From assembly GCF_963506605.1 (NCBI RefSeq), contig NC_083281.1, forward strand, positions 14,942,001 to 15,006,000: a stretch of DNA of 64,000 nt, read 5' to 3'. The position numbers were made by a program, and so were the translations under genes. Under the pieces are notes generated by a model, which searched no databases, was not told the origin of the DNA, and was given only the letters and a program-made list of their open reading frames with translations. Positions 1 through 13,765 of the stretch are shown piece after piece. The stretch's first letter is position 1. Every line of letters begins with the position of its first letter. Source of the DNA: Zootoca vivipara (Eukaryota).

Positions 1-202
1 CGAAGTCCTGCGCCTGCGCGGGAGGTTGGAGCCCGCCGGGAGCCTGGGCGACCGTTAAAGAAGCCGCTCCCGCCGCGGCCTGCGCCGAGCCGGGGTGCCC
101 ACCTACCGCCGCCGCGGCGCTGCCGGGGGGTGGCCCCACCTGCGCCTGCAGGAGCGTCAGCTGCGCCGGCTGCGGTTGAGGCGGCTGCTGAGGCGCCGCC
201 AT
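1..202 (-). CDS. MED29: Mediator subunit 29, first coding exon (runs off the window edge)
   Basis: Minus strand from ATG at 202-200 reads MAAPQQPPQPQPAQLTLLQ...QPPAQAQDF: a Q/P/A-rich N-terminus ending in QDF(D), as in MED29 (…QQQDFDPVQR). Head-to-head with PAF1, as in mammals. Not in the ORF track because it is truncated. Confidence 0.88.
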   Translation of the reverse strand, partial: MAAPQQPPQPQPAQLTLLQAQVGPPPGSAAAAVGGHPGSAQAAAGAASLTVAQAPGGLQPPAQAQDF

Positions 203-700
203 CTTGCCTCCCCCTCAGCGCGCTCGGTTCTGTAGTTCGTCTCAACTACCTCTCCCGGCATGCATCGCGGGAGCAGGAGGAGGCGCCGGCGCCGGCGGGG
301 AGGATCCCGGCATGTATTTCGCCTGAAAAATCTGATTGGCCGTTGCGGGCTCTTATGTACCCCACAGTGCATTGCGGCCAGGACTCCATTTCCCGACCTG
401 CCTTTCGTGACAGCTTTCTGTGTGGGGGAAGGGCGGCTCTCGGCGTGCTATATCGCACTATGGATTTCCCGCGCATATAAGCAGGCTGCGACGTTTTCCC
501 TTCTGGCCGGAAGTGGCTTGACGTAGCAGGCGAACTACATTTCCCAGCGGGCTCCGCGGCGGAAAGAGGTGTTATTAAGCCCCGCCCCCGTTGACTGGCG
601 TAGCCTGTTGCTCCTGAGGGGGGGCTTCGCGATGGCGCCCACTATCCAGACTCAGGCGCAGCGGGAAGAGCCCGGCCACAGGTACGGGTGACGTCACTCC
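203..700. promoter_or_regulatory. MED29/PAF1 bidirectional CpG-island promoter
   Basis: CpG-rich, 430 bp between divergent ATGs. ZNF143/THAP11-type motifs ACTACCTCTCCCGGCATGC (245-263), CCCACAGTGCATTGCG (~361-376) and ACTACATTTCCCAGC (~534-548); CCAAT box (ATTGG ~335); GABP/ETS CCGGAAGTG (507-515); GC box ~580-590; YY1 CAAGATGGCGGC over the MED29 ATG; full CRE TGACGTCA at 689-696. Confidence 0.85.
632..681 (+). CDS. PAF1: PAF1 exon 1
   Basis: MAPTIQTQAQREEPGH(R); donor gtacgg. Confidence 0.95.
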
Positions 701-1114
701 CCTCTCCCGGACGCCTGGGTCCCCTGTGGAAGAGGGGAGGGGGAATGGGGGAGGAAAGTGAGAGGGGTCTCCTGCTCCCCCCCGCCCCGCCAAGCAGTTC
801 TCCCCAAAGGTTTCGCAGAGGGGGAGGGGCTGAGCCCGGACTCCTGGGTCCCTCTGTCAGGCGTCTTGTTGCTCACAGTGGGAGGAAGGGCCAGGCTGGG
901 CAACTTGCTCGCCTGCACTTGTTCTTAAGTCGATTTGAGTCACTTCCGTTAAAAACTGAGAAATAAAGTGTGGAATAATGCAGTAAATAGAAAGTAAGAA
1001 TAGTATTTAGGTAGCTGCTGCATATTAAAAACTGCTTTTAATGCTGTGTTTTGATGCTGAAAACCGTCTTGGGACCTTGGGGTGAAAGACGGGTAATGAA
1101 TAATGCTACTCATA

Positions 1115-1345
1115 TTATGGACAAGCTTGGAATGTGTGCAGAGGAGGGCGCCCAAGACGATCAAGGGTCTGGAAACCAAGCCTTATGAGGAACGGTCGAA
1201 GGAGCTGGGTAGGTTTAGCTTAGAAAAGTGGAGACTGAGAGGCGATATTATGGCCATCTTCAAATATCTTATTGGCCGACACTTGGTAGGTGGTCCAAAC
1301 TTGTTTTCTCCTGCTCTGGGGGGTAGGGCATGAACCAATGAATTC
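1115..1345 (+). mobile_element. CR1 LINE 3' ORF2 fragment
   Basis: Translates [37 protein letters not shown] (CR1 ORF2 C-terminus); boundaries approximate. Confidence 0.85.
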
Positions 1346-1410
1346 CAAAGGAGATTGACTAAACCATTCCCCCAAGTATCATTTCTTTGGCGCCGGCATC
1401 TCTGTGCTAA

Positions 1411-1647
<237 letters not shown>

Positions 1648-2390
1648 TGAGCAGGGAGAGGTGTGTGGAGCTGCCATTTTCTGCATATTAGCATGTCCAC
1701 AGTGGATCCTCTGGTGCCTTAAACAGACCAGGCTGACTTTTCTACAGCGCATGGCGAGTTAATTCTGGAGTTATATCTGCAGGTTATCAGGCTGCAAAGC
1801 GTTGAATGGATATGATGTCTTAAGTTTGCATGTAAAAATAGATTATAGAAGCATAGAAGATGTGCAATACTTATGTGAAAAGTTACACAGAGGAAACAAA
1901 AGTGAATGGGCAGTCATTAGTTGCTAAAATAGTTTCATTTTTAAGTTGGCGCTGTTTTATGTGCTCACATTTTTATATTGCCATTTTTATTCTTCTTTCT
2001 GTTAGTTTACTGTTAGTTTACTGCTTTAGGCATCATTTATGGAAAGGCAAGATCCATTCCGCATTTTTGAAAGGTGTCTTCAGTAAATTGGGTTGCAGAT
2101 TTAAAGACTGATTATTTTTGTGAAAACCGCATATTGCTGGTTCATATTCTCTCCTGTGCCAGAGAGAAAGGAGAATGCCCCCACTAAGTTGGTGTTCAGA
2201 GGCACGTTTTCTGCAGATTAAAACTCATAATTAGAACTGCCCTTTAGCTGGAGAACAGTGCAAGAATTTTTCATGACATACCCATGCAAAATTGGAAAAT
2301 GCTTGTTCTTATATATTTTGAAATAATTATATTCCTTTGAAATTCTGCTTATGCATTTTCTGCTGCTTGACCTGCCTCTTGCTGCTGTAA

Positions 2391-2549
<159 letters not shown>

Positions 2550-2561
2550 TAATAACCATGC

Positions 2562-2935
2562 GGGACGCGGGTGGTGCTGTGGTCTAAAGCACTGAGCCTC
2601 TTGGGCTTGCCGATCGGAAGGTCGGCTGTTCGAATCCCCATGACGGGGTGAGCTCCTGTTGCTCGGTCCCAGCTCCTGCCAACCTAGCAGTTTGAAAGCA
2701 CACCAGTGCAAGTAGATAGATACTGCTGCGGTGGGAAGGTAAACAGTGTTCCGTGTGCTCTGGTTTCCATCACGGTGTTCCATTGTTCCAGAAGCAGGTT
2801 AGTAATGCTGGCTACATGACCCACCTGTGGACAAACGCTGGCTCCCTCGGCCTGAAAGTGAGATGAGTGCTGCAACCCCATAGTCGCCTTTAACTGGACG
2901 TAATTGTCCCGGGGTCCTTTACCTTTTTTACCTTT
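2562..2935 (+). mobile_element. Sauria SINE, near full length
   Basis: tRNA-like head GGGACGCGGGTGGTGCTGTGG..GTTCGAATCCC and (ACCTTT)n tail. Confidence 0.85.
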
Positions 2936-3150
2936 TTAATAACTGTGCACAGCAGTTGTGGGTTCTGATTGTGGAGATGTGCTTGATACATTTTGGATTC
3001 CCATTGCACAACCCACTTGATGTAACACACAAATATGTTGTGGATTAGGATGCCAGCTTTTAAACATGGTTGGCATCCGTCTGTTTTGGGAGGCAACAGA
3101 GGAGTGTGTCTTTGGGGGTGAAGTCAAAACCAATCGAGAGTTATCTACAG

Positions 3151-3288
3151 CAGTGTTTCTCAACCAGTGTGCCTCCAGATGTTTTGGGACTACAATTCCC
3201 ATCATTCCTGACCACTGGTCTTGCTAGCTAGGGATGATGGGACTTGTAGTCCCAAAACATCTGGAGGCACACTGGTTGAGAAACACTG
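3151..3288. mobile_element. hAT MITE (URR1-like palindromic core)
   Basis: TIR CAGTGTTTCTCAACC; 8-bp TSD ATCTACAG on both sides. Confidence 0.9.
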
Positions 3289-3709
3289 ATCTACAGCACC
3301 GACTTAGGCTGTAGAGACCTAAATGGGAGAGACATGTTTCGTTGCAGCTGGGGCTGATAAAGGCATCCAGTTGTGCTGCTGCAGATGCACCGTGGCGTTT
3401 CTTCTCTTCGCTTCTCCCAGCGGTCATTTCTCCTATGGTCATTACATGAGCTGACTGTCTCCAGTCACTGCAGTTGTCTGCAAGGAATTCCCAGAAGGCC
3501 TGGGTTGATGTTCATGGCAAAAAAAATCCCACTTTATTGCCTACGATTGGTACATCTTAATGTGACTGTGTATCAGGCTGTCATGGATGTTCTGAAGCCA
3601 ACAATCAGAACTCCAGGAAGTCTGGCCAGAGATGGTTGCCAGGGGTTTGGCTGAAATAGTTAGACGAGGCTAGGTGTTTATATAAGGGGTAACAGCCTGT
3701 GGCCTCTAA

Positions 3710-3805
<96 letters not shown>

Positions 3806-4696
3806 TAGTGCTTTTCACCTGGGCCGGGAAACTGTTTTCTGCCCTTTGTTGTCTCCCGAGACTCCAAATGTCCCTTGCCCTCTTGAATCTTCAGGCCATC
3901 ATCATCTCCCTTGGGTTACTGCTCTCCTCCTTCCTCCTTCTTTGCCTTTATTTCCCACCTTGTTCTCCAAGGAGCTCAAGGTGGCGTACGTGGGTCTCCC
4001 CCTCTTCACAACAACCCTGTGCGGTAGGTGAGGCCGAGAGGCAGCGACTAGCCCCCAAGGTCTCTTGGTGAGATTGACCAAGTGGCCATTTGAACCCAGG
4101 TCTCTCCCAGGTCTTGGGCCGATGCTCTTGCTACCTCACTGGCCAAGCTGTTCCTTCAGGAGCATCTCTCCCATGTAAGCTGCTTTCCTGGTTTGGAGCT
4201 ACCTTCCCGAAACTCCCTTCTCCCCAGCTTCCCTTTCACCCCCTGGGGGCTGCACAACTCTTCTGCCCTCCCCCATCTTGTGCTGTTCTGTTCATCAGTT
4301 ATGGGTCGGCCCCTCTCCCCAGTTCCAGAGTTTCTGCCCATGTAAATGCAGATCAGTGCAGTGGCCTCGTGTTCTGAAAAGCACATTGGCACGAAATACA
4401 TACGTTTTAATGCTTGTTTTAAAGCAGGAGTCAGCATTTTGAACTTATATGTTAAGTGGAAAAATACTCTTAGAATATGGAAGGGACCCCCCAGGGGTCA
4501 TCTGGCCCAACCCTGTGCAATGCAGGAATTCTGGCCACAGGGACCCCTGGGTGGGCTTGAACCACCAACCCTCTGGTTAACAGCCAGGTGCACAGCTCAG
4601 TGATTGAAATGAAGCAATGTAGTGGCAAAGGATAACCCAGCAATGTTTCCTTCCTAGGTCTTTCTCACAGGTGTTGCAGACCATCTTGAGGGCTAG

Positions 4697-4870
<174 letters not shown>

Positions 4871-5100
4871 TGAGTAGAAATTAAACATATTTTTAAAAGC
4901 TGCTGTTTCAGTGTAAAACAGCCAACAATACAGCGATGAACGTGATGAATCTTTGAGTTTCTGGACCAGGCCTTCAAAGCCTCCGGAGAGATCTGTTTCA
5001 GCCAGTTTCCCAAAGTTCCTCCCGAGGACTGCTATGGTCTTCCTTTATCTGGGTAAACGACTCCTTTCTGATACATATTTCTTTCCTGGTTCTCAATCAG

Positions 5101-5206
5101 GATTGGCGTGTCTGTCAAGCAACAGTTCACAGAGGAAGAGATCTACAAAGACAGAGATAGCCAGATTGCGGCCATCGAGAAGACCTTTGAGGATGCTCAG
5201 AAATCG
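5101..5206 (+). CDS. PAF1: PAF1 exon 7
   Basis: [35 protein letters not shown]; tcag/gtgagc. Confidence 0.96.
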
Positions 5207-5360
5207 GTGAGCTGCCTAGAGTGGAAAAATTAATTTTTGGAAAATGAAACCGGTGTCCTCTCACTGTTGCACTTTTGTAAAGGGGGGGATGATGATGATG
5301 ATGATGATGATTGATTGATTGATTACCTACCCTTCACCCTGAGGTTCCAGGGCAGGTTAA

Positions 5361-5804
<444 letters not shown>

Positions 5805-5924
5805 TAGAGAGGTGTTGGGCTCTTGGCAAAGGTGAATGAACCACTGAGCGAAACAAGCACTTGCTTAGGGCATCAAGGGAAGTGGGGAAGCCACAGAAAT
5901 TTCCCATGGCTGGATTTTTAACAT

Positions 5925-6072
5925 TAAAGGGTAAAGGACCCCTGACAGTTAAGTCCAGTCGCAAACGACTCTGGGGTTGCGGCGCTCATCTCACTTTACT
6001 GGCCGAGGTTGTACAGCTTCCGGGTCATGTGGCCAGCTCACCGAGCAACGGGAGCTCACCCCATCACGGGGA
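5925..6072 (-). mobile_element. Sauria SINE, deleted copy
   Basis: AAAGGGTAAAGGACCCCTGACAGTTAAGTCCAGTCG tail on the minus strand. Confidence 0.75.
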
Positions 6073-6293
6073 TTAAGTGCTCACAAATTACTCAGCTGGG
6101 CGTTCATTTTCTCAGCCGAAATATATTAAAAATCCCAACAGAACAACTATGCGACAAGGCAGGCGGGGATGCCTTATCTCCACTAAGTACAGAAGCAGCT
6201 GTGTTATGTAGAGTTGGTTTTGAGGATCTGATCAAAGACTTTGCAATTGGAAAAAGTAGGAGAAAACTTTCTGAATACAAAAAAGCGGAAGTA

Positions 6294-6502
6294 CAGTTGT
6301 ACCATAGTTCTCGAACAGAATGTGTTCCGGGAGTCCATTTGACTTCTGGAATTGTTCAAAAACTAAGGCGTGGCTTCTTGCATCACGCCAGATGTTCGGT
6401 TTCTGAAAATCTTTTGAAACCGGAACACTCACTTCCAGTTTTTGATAATTCGGGAGCCGAAATGTACGAATTCCAAGGCGTCTGGAAACCAAGGTACAAC
6501 TG
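6294..6502. mobile_element. Tc1/mariner-pogo MITE (related copies 42727-42935, 43075-43297)
   Basis: TIR CAGTTGTACC..GGTACAACTG with TA TSD. Confidence 0.75.
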
Positions 6503-6646
6503 TATACAAAGGCGAACATTATTTTCCATGTTACTGTAGGTTTCATCTCGTTTCAAAAAATAAAATGTTATTTTGTGGTTTATAATTGCATATACTGTAT
6601 TTGGGGTCAGATATAGGGGCACCAAAATCTTTTTAAGTGCTTAGAG

Positions 6647-6769
6647 CAGGCATCTCCAAACTGCGGCCCTCCTACAACTCCCATGATCCTTAGCTAACAG
6701 GACCAGTGGTCGGGGAAGATGGGAATTGTAGTCCAAAACATCTGGAGGGCCACAGCTTGGGGATGCCTG
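6647..6769. mobile_element. hAT MITE
   Basis: TIR CAGGCATC; TSD GCTTAGAG. Confidence 0.85.
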
Positions 6770-6991
6770 GCTTAGAGCCTCTAAAGGGCTTAATCTGGAC
6801 CTCTCTGCTCTAATCCCAAAGAGAGTAAGACTCAGGGGGTGGAGTAGTAGTCACAGAACCCCTTCTTGCCCTGGTCTTCTCGCACCCACTCCCCATTTTT
6901 GCACTGGAAGCCCCTCATCTCTCCTCCCTGGACTACGCAGCCAGGCCCGTTTGGGGCGAATCCTTGAGGGGTGGGGATGGGGCACTTCTAA

Positions 6992-7291
<300 letters not shown>

Positions 7292-7365
7292 TAACCTTCC
7301 TTCCTTCCTTTTCCTCTCTCTCTCTCTCTCTCTCCCTCTCGCCCCCCCCCCCAAACCAATTGCAG

Positions 7366-7482
7366 GGGCATGATGGACGAGGAAGGCAACCAGTTTGTGG
7401 CTTACTTCCTCCCTGTGGACGACACAATGCGGAAACGCAAACGGGACCAAGACGAAGAGATGGACTACGCTCCCGAGGATGT
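7366..7482 (+). CDS. PAF1: PAF1 exon 10
   Basis: [38 protein letters not shown](V); gcag/gtacgt. Confidence 0.94.
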
Positions 7483-7940
7483 GTACGTGTGCCAACTGGG
7501 AGGGCGCGCGGGTTGTCTGGTTAAGAAAGCAAAACTATACCGGGAGACCTTAAAAAAAAAAATCCCCGCACTTGGAAAACCAACATGTCAGGCATGCTTC
7601 CTGCCCAAGCCGTTTCCCTGAGACACTACCTTTTTTTGCATGCGGGGATTTGTTTTCTCCTGCTTTAAAGGGTAGGGCTCAAACCCAATCGCTTCAAGTT
7701 TACAAGAAAAGAAATCTCAAATAAACATTTGGGGAGGACTTTCAACAGAAGAACGGCCTCCGACTCTCCTTCCTTGGAGGTTTTTAAACAAGGTTGGATG
7801 GCCATTCTTCGGGGATTCAGCTGTGATTCCTGCATTGCAGGGGCTTGGACTATAGATGACAGTTCTGCGATTATATTTTGAGAGAGCCTGGCTCAGCTGA
7901 AGGGATTATTGGAGGGGAGCAGGAGAGCACCTCGAAATGA

Positions 7941-8123
<183 letters not shown>

Positions 8124-9011
8124 TGAGGCGGAGGGAGAAACTGAAGCTTTTTGGGAGGGTGGGGCAAGTGTGCTGGTGGCCAGGGGGGTTAAACTATGGA
8201 ACTCCCTGCCACAGGAGGCAGGGATGGCCACCAACGTAGGCGGCTGTAAAAGAGGATTAGGCACTTTATGTATTTCTTTCCTTGTTTCTTGTTTGGTTCC
8301 TTTGTATACTGCCTTTCATCTGAAGATCTCTGGGCAGTTTGCGGCGTAAAAAATGCAAAACAGAAGCACAAAATAGATAACGAAAACAAGGACAAAAACA
8401 AAACAAAAACAAATTATGAAGGAAGAGAAAGATATCGGTGGCTGCTTGCCATGATAGCTGTCTCCTCTGCCTCCCTGGTCAGAGGCAGTAAACGCTTCTG
8501 AATACCAGTTTCTGGAAACGGCAGGAGGGGAGAGTTGCTCCTGCACTCGAATCCTGCTTGCGGGCTTCCCATAATGGGCATGTTACGATCTCATGGAACT
8601 TCCAAGTCCAGAGGCAGTCTACCTAGACTCCTGGGTAATTTGGGGTATTTGGCCACTGTGAGACTAGCTGGGCTTGATCCAGCAGCCTCTTCTTATGTCC
8701 CCCAACCTTCCCTACCTGAGTCCTTTCCCCCTGGCACATGTTGCATCCGAGCTGCAAGTCCTGCATGGCAGGGGGTGGGCTGGATGACCCTTGGGGGTCC
8801 CTTCCAATACTTTGAATTTATTAAATAAGGGCCTTCCCAGAGACATCCCATTGTGTTCCCTCTGCTAAGCGGCGCAGGCGGTTCCGGCATGCAACCAGCC
8901 CCTTGCTACCGCCAGTTTTGTGCAACATGCCACCAGCACTCGAGGGCTGTATCCTGCTGCCAGGGCATGTCTGTATGCGCAGAGGGAGTCGGGTCCCTGC
9001 TCCCTCCTTAA

Positions 9012-9149
<138 letters not shown>

Positions 9150-10088
9150 TAGAGATACCTCCCTGATGGCGGGAGGATGGGGACCTATGAATCCTGGCTC
9201 TGAGCTTCCACCCCATCTCACTGTCCTGCTCTGGCCATTGGAGCCGGCCGGGTGCTGACTGGAAATGAGGATCATTGACAGAATTAGAACCAATTCCTAG
9301 TGAGGAGAGGCGAACCACTGGCTATTGGCCACCACCACTAGGGATACGGAAATCCTGTTTGGTCCTCGGCATCTGGGGCCTGGTACACCTTAATCTCTGA
9401 AGGCCAGGCCTTCTTTTCTGGTCAAAATTCTCTGGAAACGAGGACTTGGGATGGGAGACAGATGACAAAAGTCCACCCCCTGGGAAGGAAGGTCCCTCTG
9501 CTCACTGGTACCTTTGGGGTTCCTAAGTTCCAATAACAATTTTGGCCATGGCAGTTCTGTGGAGCCTCCATGTTCCGAAGCAGTCTATACCCGGGGTGGG
9601 GGGTGGGGGGTGGAGTCAGGAGAGAACAAGGCTTTTTCCACCTTGCTTTGCTAGATAGGTTCTCAGGGGCATCCCATCAGCCGCTGTTGCGGGAGCAGAG
9701 TGCTGGACCCTCTGGCTGGTCTTGGCCGGGTTAGGCTAGGTGAACCCAGAACCTGGGGAAGTGACATAATAATAATATAACAATAAATTATTTTATACCC
9801 CACTCATCTGGCTGGGTTTCCCCAGCCACTCTGGGTGGCTCCCAACAGAATATTAAAAATAGAATCAAACGTTAAAAACTTAAACAGAGCTGCCTTCAGA
9901 TGTCTTCTAAAAGTCAGATACAGTAGTTGTTTATTTCCTTGACATCTGGGCGTTCCACAGGGCGGGCGCCACCACCGAGAAGGTCCTCTGCCTGGTTCCC
10001 TGCAACCTCACTTCTCGTAGGGAAGGAACCGCCAGAAGGCCCTCAGAGCTGGACCTCAGTGTCTGGGCTGGACGATGGGGGTGGAGAC

Positions 10089-10629
10089 GGACTGGATGAT
10101 AAGGAGTGGTGGGAGGCACCAGCCGGGGAAACCCAAGGGATATCCCAGAGGAGGAAGGCTCGGAACCCGGGGATTGATGGAGCGGTCAGAGGGAGATTGG
10201 AAGGAGATGCTGGATACGGACAGGACAACAGGGTTTAGTGAGCAGGAGGAACCTGTGACAGGGAGCAGTTCAGACTCTGAGGCTGAAACAGAGGAAGGGG
10301 GTCAAGAAGCTGCTGAATTATCCAGGATATCTCCCTCTCCTGTTGCAACAAACTCCCCTCTCCCCTGATCTCCAAGAACATGCAAGATAATGAGGAGGGC
10401 AGAACAGAGGCCAGAGGTGTGCAGATGCATCTTGAGACGGTTTGGGGAACATCCGGGAGAGGAGGAGACTTAGGAGGGGTGGAAGGCAGGGACCTTTAGT
10501 CCTGGCAGCTGCTCAGAAGGGGCAACTCAGGGTTGCTCGAGTTGCATGCTGTGTCCTTGAATAAAGAGTTAACTTCCCTGGCAGCCTAGCCCTTTGTTCT
10601 GACCTGCCTCTGACTCCAGCCCTGGCGCA
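10089..10629 (+). mobile_element. probable Gypsy-type solo LTR (5' end lost to an L2 insertion)
   Basis: Decayed acidic ORF-like text (DKEWWEAP..SSSDSEAETEEG..SPLP*SPRT), AATAAA at ~10560, ends in CA; inference only. Confidence 0.45.
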
Positions 10630-10715
10630 GGAAGGCCAATGGTGTTGCTGGAAGTCAGCTGGGGGGATTTCTCCTTCCCCAAATGCCCCCTAACTCGCAG
10701 CTCTGTCCCCTGCAG

Positions 10716-10803
10716 GAAGCCCGCAAAGCCCAGCTGGAGAACCACGAGCCGGAAGAGGAGGAGGAGGAGGAGATGGACCTGGGCAAAGAGGCCCAAGGCT
10801 CAG
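10716..10803 (+). CDS. PAF1: PAF1 exon 13
   Basis: EARKAQLENHEPEEEEEEEMDLGKEAQGS; gcag/gtaggt. Confidence 0.95.
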
Positions 10804-11059
10804 GTAGGTGCTGGGTTGGCAAAATCTCTCCCTGGTGCCCTCCCTGCTCGCTGCTGAAGGTGCCTGTGTGGCCAGGCGGCCACATTGCGAAATTTGCATC
10901 CTCTGCTTTAAAGAACACCCCCTGCCTTTTGGCACCTGGTGGAACACTCCAAGGCGGCTCCATCGCTGTTGCCTCATTGGCTGGCTCAGCGGCATCACTT
11001 TTTCTTAAAGGGGGAGGTCCTGCCTTCCATCGCTGCCCTTTTCGTTTAAAGGGATGGGA

Positions 11060-11638
11060 AGCGTATATGTTGTGTTTACAGAAGTATTGTAAAGAAGTGG
11101 ACTCACCAGCAGGGTTTGAGTAAACACTTACAATTAAGAAATCAAGCATGAAAGTTAAGATGCAATAATGGGGGAATAATAAAGGGCAAGATGTAATATG
11201 GATAAGTATGGTACAAAAGTGATAAGATTGTAATAATACAGTCATACCTCGGGTTACGTATGCTTCGGGTTGTGTACTCTGTAAACCTGGAAGTATTTTT
11301 TACCCTGTGCGCGGTCTGCACATGCGCAGAAGTGTGATGTCGCACTTTTGTGCGTGCGCAAAATGGACACTCAGGTTGCGTAGTTTTCGGGGTGCGAACG
11401 GCACCCCGGAACGAGGTACCACTGTATCAATTAAAAGATTATAAAATTAAGGTAGAATAAAACAGGCAGGAGAAGTAAATATCTAAAGAACCAGAAGAGG
11501 AAGTTGAGGGAAGTCATGGGTGGGATGGGGTGGGGGTGGGGATAGGGGTTTATATATACTTTTGTGATAAAAATGATTGTGTTGAATATAAAATTATAAA
11601 ACTTAATAAAAAACTATTTAAAAAAAGAAAGAAAAAGG
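11060..11638 (+). mobile_element. L1 3' end interrupted by a Tc1/mariner(Tigger)-type MITE at 11239-11424
   Basis: G-rich 3'UTR, AATAAA and A-rich tail; nested element CAGTCATACCTCG...CGAGGTACCACTG flanked by TA. Confidence 0.65.
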
Positions 11639-11940
11639 AATGGCCCTGGCCCGTCCTCTCGCTTTAGCTAGAGCGTTGGGCGAGGAGAGAGCAGGGTTCA
11701 AATCCCCCCAGTTGGCCATGAAGCTTACCTTGTGACTCCTCGGGGGGGGGGGGTAGCCATCGCCTCTCTCAGCCCAAAGGGTTGTTGTGTGGGATTAAAT
11801 GAGGGGGGGAGTCAAGTACTGCCACCTTGAGTTCCTTTGAAAGAAACTCAATCGGTCCCCCTGAAAAGCCAAGTTTCCCCGTTTTTTCCCTCCCCTGCCC
11901 CCGTGTGCTCACCTCTCTCTCTCTTTCCCACTCGCCCTAG

Positions 11941-12389
11941 ACGAGGAGCCAGAGAAAGGCAGCGAGAGCGAGAAGGAGGCCAGCGAGGCAGAGGAGGGCG
12001 AGGACGAGGAGGAAGGGCGCTCAGCCAGCGAGAGCGAGCGGGAGGCCAGCGAAGGCGAGGGGGCTCCGGCCGAGGAGAGCGAGGAAGACGAGCGGGCGGC
12101 CCGAGACAAGGAGGAGATCTTTGGCAGCGACGACGACGAGGAAGAGGACTCGGAGCAGGAGGGGGGCCAGCGCGACGAAGGGGAGAGCGGCAGCGAGGAG
12201 GAGGAGGACGAAGAGGAGGACGAGGAAGGGGGCGGGCGGCGCCAGCAGCGTCGCGGCAGCAGCCAGAGCCCTCTCCACAGCGGCAGCGAGGACCACTCCA
12301 ACCACGAGGAGGAGGAGGAAGAGGAAGGGGAGGCCAGCGCCAGCGAGGCCCCGTCCGAGTCCAGCGAGGAGGGCAGCGACAGCGACTGA
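11941..12389 (+). CDS. PAF1: PAF1 exon 14 (acidic tail, stop codon)
   Basis: (D)EEPEKGSESEKEAS...RAARDKEEIFGSDD...DSD*; acceptor ctag; TGA at 12387-12389. Confidence 0.94.
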
Positions 12390-12768
12390 GGAGGGCCTGC
12401 AGGGCCATTCGGAAGTCAGCTTCACCCCTCTCCTGCAGGGAGGACACCTGGGAAGGGACGGTACTTACCTTGGCTGGCTGGCTGGCTACTTTGTCCCAGT
12501 TAAGCCCAGAGGATTCTGGGAATGTTCCTCCTGGCGAAAGAGGCGGATTGGAGGGCTGCCTGCCCACCACCCATTTCTGCCGATCTTCCGCCTCTGCCAG
12601 TGAACTCTTTGCTGCGAACCTTCTGCAGAAACGTCTGGCGTTTGGGGTGGGGTGGGACACAGACTCACACATGTTTGGTTCTTCCGCTCCTCTTCTTGTG
12701 TTGTTCTTTTCCCCGCTGTACATAATGTGCCACACAGCAGATCTCTCACACACTCACACCCACCCTAA

Positions 12769-12774
12769 AATAAA
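12769..12774 (+). terminator. PAF1 polyadenylation signal
   Basis: AATAAA ~380 nt after the stop, followed by T/GT-rich sequence. Confidence 0.75.
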
Positions 12775-13472
12775 GTTTTTTGTTTCTTGAATCTCCTCTC
12801 TATTGTTAACCAGGGCCACTTGCAACATCATTGGGGCCAGTGTATTTCGGAAAATATTTGCCTACCGCTCTTTTGTAAAAATTCATTAAATCGGGATACA
12901 GGAATCAAACCATCCTCTAAAGTCATAAAAAGTTAAATGCAGACAATCAGCAAACCATTGTGGAAGGATGTTGTCCTGAATTGCCTGCATAGGCCTGGCA
13001 GAATGGAAAGGAATTCAGCAGGTGTTTGAACAGAGGGCACAGAAGGCACCCGCTGAATCTGCGGTGGCAGAGAGTTCCATAGGACTGGGCCAACAGCACC
13101 AAAGGGTTCTTCTTGTTGTCAAGTGACTCTCGCAAACTTAGGGAATGCCCAACAACACTCCTGTGGATGATCTCGGTGATTGAGATGGGATCTACAGTAT
13201 AAGGGTTCGGGCGATCCCTGAGGCACCCTGGACCCTTCAGGGCTTTGTAATCTTTGGTGGAGGGGTGCTGGTCAAGCTTGCCCGATGGCACCGATTGGAG
13301 AGGGAGAGCTGGTAAGACTTGGGACAGCATTTGAGATGTTTCGGGCAGAATTTGAGAACCCAGATCAAAACTCAGTGTCTTCAGCAGAAATCTCTCTGAA
13401 GTTCTGCATTTGGGCTGGAAGAGTCAGGCTAGCAAGTGCCTTGGTAGCAGCACTTGAGGAAATGATCTAGGG

Positions 13473-13765
13473 CAGGGGTTCTCAAAGGGTGGGGCAGGAG
13501 AGGATGGCAATGGGGCAGGAAGATTCAAGGATAATCAAGGGAACATTTAAACATTTCCATGTTATATAGTATAAAAATATTTCTCCCCCTTTGGATAATA
13601 TGGATAGGTACATTTTCAAAACGAAAGCAAGAGCAGGAAGTGATACGGAGGACAATCCTATATGAGTTTTCCAATGTATTTCTTTTCCATTAAAAAAAAC
13701 TGGTGCAGCGCAAACAAATTTTTATTTAAGTTTGGCTCAGAGGGGGGTAAGTTTGAGGACCACTG
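13473..13765. mobile_element. hAT non-autonomous element
   Basis: TIR CAGGGGTTCTCAAA/TTTGAGGACCACTG; TSD ATCTAGGG. Confidence 0.85.

Noticed and set aside
3151-3288. Long hairpins resembling pre-miRNA or CRISPR-like repeats
   Set aside because: TIRs and 8-bp TSDs identify them as dispersed hAT MITEs; the sequence is eukaryotic and has no spacer array.
11837-12790. 317-aa and 301-aa ORFs in the track
   Set aside because: Alternative frames or antisense of the low-complexity PAF1 last exon.
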